DNA of 64,000 nucleotides from Trypanosoma brucei (Eukaryota): NCBI GenBank assembly GCA_000002445.1, contig CH464491.1, positions 4,928,001 to 4,992,000 of the forward strand, read 5' to 3'. Shown piece by piece: positions 58,261 to 64,000 of this stretch (position 1 is its first letter; each line of letters starts with the position of its first letter). The notes under the pieces were generated by a model. It saw only the letters and a program-made list of their open reading frames with translations, ran no database searches and was not told where the DNA came from. The position numbers and the translations under genes were made by a program.

Positions 58261-59299
58261 CCACAAAGACTCGTATAGTTTTATTAACGTTCGTCTTTAT
58301 ATTACTTTTGACTTACCATTATTAAGAGATATTTAGTGTAAATACACTGATTGAATAGGTAATGTAGCAGCAGGGGTTTCAAGATACAAAATTTCATGAC
58401 ATAGTCTAGGTTTAAAAATACAGGGTGTTGTAAAGAAACATAAAAAACCTAAGAATGGAGGTCAGTTGCAGCACTAAAGTGATTAGCTAAGGAAAAAGAG
58501 TTCACAAAGTAGTATGTAATCAATGCCTTGACATTTTCATGATACAGCTTTTGAAGTGTTTATGATCATGGTGTGTAACTTATCTTTGAGGATTCAACTA
58601 CAATCTCCATTTAAAAGGTTAACTCCAAGAACAAGCAGAACATGAAACTACGCTCCCTTTCCTATTTTTATGCATTATTCACATTTACTTTCTGTGCATT
58701 TCTGTAAAAACTGCACTAGTTGAATGCATTTATGGGTTCATACATGATAACGATTTTACTACTGTACTGGGCTAAGTACCCCAACGATCGAGTTTCTTCA
58801 TGTGACTCTCATCAGTGTATATTTATGAACTACTGCCATTTTTTTGTTTCTATCATCTCTGCAATAGACTCTCTCCATTGTTCACTGAAATATGATGAAC
58901 AGTCTCCTACTGCACACTTCTCTCCTGTGATGTGTCAGCGGATATTCCGTCATTTTATTCTGCATTTTATTTTCTTCTTTTCTCTCTTCTATCTCTGTCT
59001 CTCCATGAAAAGTTACATATTCATTTGGTTTGTATACTGTATTTTGTATATACTTCATTATGATCGCCATCATATCCTTGTATAAAATGATTCCAATAGT
59101 GATATTTGTGCATAAAATGCGCATTGAATATGCGCTCCTACTAGCTGCTTTCACCGTTTCTTTTAAAAGTAATGTTTTTCTTGCTCAGCATCTTACTCCC
59201 CTTGAGCCCTTGCCATTGTTTTAACTTCTTCTATCCATACCGAATATTCGGTCTTCGGCACCACTGTTATTATCACTTTACTATGCTTACAGTCACAAA

Positions 59300-59425
59300 A
59301 ATCTCCTATCATCATCATCATTCTCATTATCATTACTCCTATTATTATTACTGCTCTTATTATAATATTTGTATATGCACTCTCACAACATACTCCTATC
59401 ATTAGCATTACTATTATAGTATTAC
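59300..59425 (-). repeat. 70-bp repeats, minus orientation
   Basis: ...cattactcctattattattactgctcttattataatatttgtatatgcactctcacaacatactcctatcattagc. Confidence 0.75.
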
Positions 59426-59608
59426 CTAAATATTGTTGAAATAAGAATAAACCAAAATTGCATATTAGAATAGCATTCATTTTTAATGCACTATCAAAGC
59501 ATTACTTTGCACATACAGGCCAGTACGATGCAAAAAATTTTCACTTACCTTCACAATTTAGTTAAGAAATGTTAAAATATAGAAAGTTCTTGTAAATTAT
59601 CAAAATCA

Positions 59609-61170
59609 TTAAAATAGTAAACTCATGAAAGGTGCAGACTTCAGGTCCAATTTTTTATTGACGAGGAAACTGGGAGAGCGGCACGTTTCTTTTTTCTTGA
59701 TCAGGTTAATTATCTTTGCCCTTCCTCCATGCGCAATTGTGTTTATCACCTGTTTTACCAGCTAGGCAAGCCTTCTTATTGGTTCCGTGCTTTGCACACC
59801 CAGTTGTAGCTACTGCTCCCCTGCTGTTTCTGCTGCTGGGGTTGTTTGTTCGCTTGCTGCTGTCGTATTCAATTTGCACTTTTTATCTGTGCCATTTGCC
59901 TTGTCATCCCATTCACATTCACCTTTACTACGGCATTGATCTGGTTGTGTTATTGCTGCGCAGTCTGGTTTACTTGTTGTTGCAATACTTGTTTTTGTAT
60001 TTTCTTCCAAAAGTGATTCTCCTTTATTGGACAGGTCTAATGCACTTGCAAGCTGTCTGGCCTCTCTTGTGATTGCACTTATTGCGTTTAGTGCAGCGAT
60101 TTTGGACTTCGCCAGATCCGCGTCTTTCTGGGCTGCTGACGCAGCGGCTTCAATTGCTGTCGCCAAGCTGACAGAGCCGGTCGCTGTCGCTGCCGCTTGA
60201 TATGTCATTGTTTTTAGATTGACGCAGCCTTTGCCGCTTTGCGAGCTGCAGACGCCGCCGGTGTGGGGCTCACCTATCACTAAGTGTTCGGCGCTGCCGT
60301 CTTTGTGGTGCTTGATTCGGCTTAGCGCTCCTTGAAGTCGCTGCCTGATTAGCTCCGGTGTTATGGTTGGCAGTGTTTGCGCTGAACGCACTGAGTTTAT
60401 AGCAGTCCACTTGGCGTTTTTGTTGTTTTCTCCCCAAGCCTGGTTTGAGCTGTTTGGCGACGCTACCGTTCCGCACAAGTTTTTGTCTTGCGTGTCGTCC
60501 TGGGCGCAAACACACAAGAGTGTTTCGCACACTGCTTATGTTCCTTTGGGTAGTGTGCAGTCGGTCGCCCGTGTGCTTGTTAGCGTCACCGTGCATGTCG
60601 CCGTGCTCCCCTTTTCTGCGTTAGGCCCGGCTGCCGCTAAGGTGAGCTGTGTGATGACGTCGGCGGTGCTGGCGCCTTTGTGCTGCGCCGCTTGTGTATT
60701 GTACTGGTTTCTGATCGCTGCTGCACGTTCTGCCAACCCAGAAATCATTATGGACGTTGATCTGCCGAGCGCTGCTTTGAGCTTGCTGTTTTCTATTTTT
60801 GGATACTGCTCGCCTGCTTTGTCTGCTGCTAAAGCAATGTTGTGGTTTTCCCACCGTTCATAGTACGGCTTGCATATTTCTTTGTTGGCTGGTGGTTTAC
60901 AGTCGTCAGAGTCTTTTTTTTGTTTTTTTGTTCTGTGGCTAGTGCGCTCCGCCACTTCGGGTCTGCTACTGAAATGTTTATTCTTTCGATCTCGTTCAAA
61001 GCTTCTTGGTTTATTTCTGTTGTGTCCGGTGTGGCGTATGTTTCTCTTTCTAAATTCGTGAGGTCACATAACGCTTACAAATCCGCTACATTTGTGTGGT
61101 CGTTTGTTGCTCCTCGGCATTTTTGCATGTGGACCAGCACGCTTACGATTACGGCAATAGCCTGGTACAT
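59609..61170 (-). pseudogene. VSG: VSG pseudogene (frameshifted); the GPI signal is intact in its own frame
   Basis: N-terminus MYQAIAVIVSVLVHMQKCRGATN...; ORFs 60536..60955 and 59810..60532 (…LLCVCAQDDTQDKNLCG…); tail ...CRSPSFLVNKKLDLKSAPFMSLLF*. Confidence 0.75.
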
Positions 61171-62589
61171 TTGAAATCAGGTGTTTGCGCTTGTTACCGA
61201 GCGGCTGGCGTCCTCAGAATCTAAAATTTCCGTCTGTTGCAAAGTTTTTTTTTTTCAACATGAAATTACAATAAAAAACAGTCTAAACATAAGGATAGGA
61301 ATTTCTTTATGGTTGCAGCAATTAAACTGAAAAAACAATATAAGCTGAAAATGAAAGAAAAAACAAAAAATGTATAAATAAATAAATATATATATATAGA
61401 TTATAACATTAAATGGTAGTTGTTTTAATATATTACAATCTCTAAATAGGTTAGTTTCACCATTGTAACCAATGGTCACCATGACATAAATTTTTTACAG
61501 GGCTATAGTTTTACACACAACCCATATTTTCTACCCTTATTGAACCTATTTTTGACTCATTCTTCTTCTTTAATTCTCTAAAATACCGCAAGTGTTTTGA
61601 CTTTGAGAAATTCAAATTATATGACTTCTAACTACCTTCATCTGCTTTTAACTTTCTGTTGTTACACGCAGCATTTGTAACAATTTAACTTCTGTACTTA
61701 GTCCGACTCAGCGTCATTTTTTTGAGTTCCTTAAAAACATACCACCTTTTAAGTTTTTTTCCGCTCGAGAGCTGGTATCTCGGGGTCTTTCTTACATTGC
61801 CTACGCCACATCCACAGCTTTATTGTCTCCATTAAATGCGGTTCAGCCATTCTGGGAATATGGAACACGCGGTAATCAAATGCAGTTAATTTTTTGCCTC
61901 CATGCAAAATTAGAATTTGTGAAGTCATTACAAACTTTTCCACTTTATAGAACCCCCCTACTGGTTCATATACATGATATGTTAAGCAGTTTCCGCGTTC
62001 TTCATTTTTCCTTTTACAGTAATCCATTGTTATTCATAGTTTGAAAATGTTCATTCCAATAATATCATATTGTTACCAACACTTTTTTGTTATTATTACT
62101 ATGTCTAATAAGAAAAATTCGAAAATACATCACACTAACAAAATCCCTTGTCAACTGATTTTGTTTCTGCTTCTTCAGAGGTATATCTTACGATCTTCCA
62201 TCTGGTTAAAAACATGGTCGACAACATCTCTGAAGTAGAGTCTACACCTTTTGGTGTAAAATGTAGAGCAAAATCTCCCTAAGAATTATTTGCTTCTGTC
62301 GCGGTTTCTCCGCATGACATAGCAAATCATTTGGCATGTACACAGAATTGCATCTCTACATTATTGTCTGCTATTTTAACTTCTGTATATGATGATATCC
62401 GTCTTCGTTTCCCTGTATAAAATGCCGTCTATTGTCATTTTTTCAATTGAAAGTGCGCATATTACATCTTTCTTTGTTTATACCTCTTAATCACTGCCAC
62501 CCTCAGTCGCTTCGCTGAATTTAAGCTTTTCTTTATTTCAAAGACTTCCACTTTGTTTGATCTTTACTTTTCATCGACATTATCATTAA

Positions 62590-62690
62590 ATATTTGTACA
62601 TACACTCACATCACTCTCCTATTATTATCATCATTTATATTATTATTATTATTATATTAGTATATATACTGTCGCAACACTATTTTTATT
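62590..62690 (-). repeat. 70-bp repeat, minus orientation
   Basis: catacactcacatcactctcctattattatcatcatttatattattattattattatattag. Confidence 0.75.
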
Positions 62691-62959
62691 TTAAAGCATT
62701 AATATTATAGCACTAACTAATATCTATAAAATAACTAATATAAACTTAATTAGAGTAGCTGTCATTTCTCATACCTTATAACCGAATTACATTAAACCGA
62801 TAGGAACTTTTACGCGAATTTTACAAAACATTTAAAACTTTTTCGACAATTTATAAAATTTGTGACAGAAAGTGTTAATATATATTAAATTATATAAAAT
62901 TTTCCAAATTTTATCAAAATACTAAATTTCAAATTTCATAAAACTAAGCAAAAATCCTT

Positions 62960-64000
62960 AGAATTATCAAAATACAAGCAACTCAAAAAAGCACCAGCCA
63001 TCAAAAACAATTTCTTATTGACGAGAAAACTGGAATCGTTGCACTTGTTATCTTTACATTTTCAGTTATTGTCCTTGTCGGAATGCATTTTTGTCAGTTT
63101 CATGTTTTGACATTTTTCTTCAGTTTTCCCATTATTTTCTTTTTTTCGCTGCCTGTTCTACTTCCTTTTTACCTTCCTCACTCAAAGTACACTTTTTGCC
63201 AGTCTCTCCATCCTCCTTATAAACACACCCCTTATCCTTTAGGTTTGCGCATTCTTTCTTGTCATCTTTGGCTGCATTGCATTCTTTTTCGGCTTGTTTG
63301 TGCGTGTCTATCGGGGTGGTGTTACATTTGGCGTCGCCTTTTGCGTTTTTCAGATCGTTGTAGATGGCCGCATTCCGACGATTGTAGCATGCTAAAATTG
63401 TTACTAATCGGCTGCTGTCAGTTATTTCCACAAGCTTTTGGTTAGAAGTCTGGCCACAAAAGCTTTTTGGGATCGTTTCTTCGTCCACCTTGGCAGTGTA
63501 TTTCGTTGCACCGTCTGCAGTTGCGAGCGGCATGCTTTCCTTGATCGCTGTTTCTATCTCCCCGTTGCTGGTCGTTTCCTTGCCAAGCACGGCCTCTTGG
63601 ATTGTCCTCTTCAGAGCTGTTTGGGTTTTAAGTTCGCCTGTTTCGTTCATGTAAATCGCCTCATCTCCCTTGTGGGTGGCTTTGGCGTCGTGCCAGGCCC
63701 TTTCCCACGGGTCTGCGGTGTGGTCCTTAGCTCCGGTCAGTTCGTCTACCTTTTTTAGTGTTATGAAGGTTTGCGTCGTTGGAAGTGTTATGTATCCTGC
63801 CATGGCCGTGAGGCCGTTGATTGCGGTTGTTTTGCCTAGCCCGTCGCTTTCGTGGGCCGATAGAGCTTTGCAATAACCAGAGGATTGTGTTGGTTGTTCG
63901 CTTGATGTCGCCGTGTTTCCGCTCCCTTGAATGCCTGTAAATCCTTTCGCTGTCAGTACGGCTGGCTGCGCCTTGGCGCTTTTTATTTCAGGTAATTTGG
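62960..64000 (-). pseudogene. VSG: VSG, 3' two-thirds; the N-terminus lies beyond the window end. The GPI tail is degenerate with no proper stop
   Basis: ORF 63132..63803 reads ...ILACYNRRNAAIYNDL...CNTTPIDTHKQAEKECNAAKDDKKECANLKDKGCVYKEDGETGKKC; tail CKDNKCNDSSFLVNKKLFLMAGAFLSCLYFDNSKDF... The frame stays open upstream to 64000. Confidence 0.7.

Overview
This window is eukaryotic, not prokaryotic. It reads as a subtelomeric VSG (variant surface glycoprotein) array of an African trypanosome of the Trypanosoma brucei type. I base this on four observations: (i) 16 genes or gene fragments encode VSG-like proteins with A/B-type N-domains and the canonical C-terminal GPI signal (CKDSSFLVNKKFALMAAAF...LLF, or ...NSFVINKAPLLLAVLLL); (ii) 13 blocks of the characteristic '70-bp repeat' ((TAA/TGA)n + GAGAGTGTTGTGAGTGTGTATATACGAATATTATAATAAGAGCAG) lie mostly 1-1.7 kb upstream of VSG start codons in the matching orientation; (iii) there is a near full-length ingi non-LTR retrotransposon, a truncated inverted ingi 5' fragment, and a degenerate ingi-related element (DIRE); (iv) a conserved VSG 3'UTR 16-mer (TGATATATTTTAACAC) is present.

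VSG orientation switches twice. VSGs at 1-5.9 kb are on the minus strand, those at 13.6-46.9 kb on the plus strand, and those at 49.3-64 kb on the minus strand. The divergent switch is occupied by the ingi. The convergent switch holds a purine/G-rich low-complexity tract containing N calls and an assembly gap.

Only one VSG (41971-43455) looks fully intact. The others carry single in-frame stops, frameshifts or degenerate GPI signals.

A duplicated non-VSG cassette sits inside the '70-bp repeat -> VSG' co-transposed regions. It consists of a GT31-type (beta-1,3-galactosyltransferase-like) glycosyltransferase pseudogene followed by a second conserved ORF family of unknown function. The GT31 gene is present in two copies and the second family in three.

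There are three 100-N assembly gaps: 15362-15461, 29645-29744 and 49083-49182.

All annotation is by eye from the translated ORFs and sequence motifs. No database searches were run.
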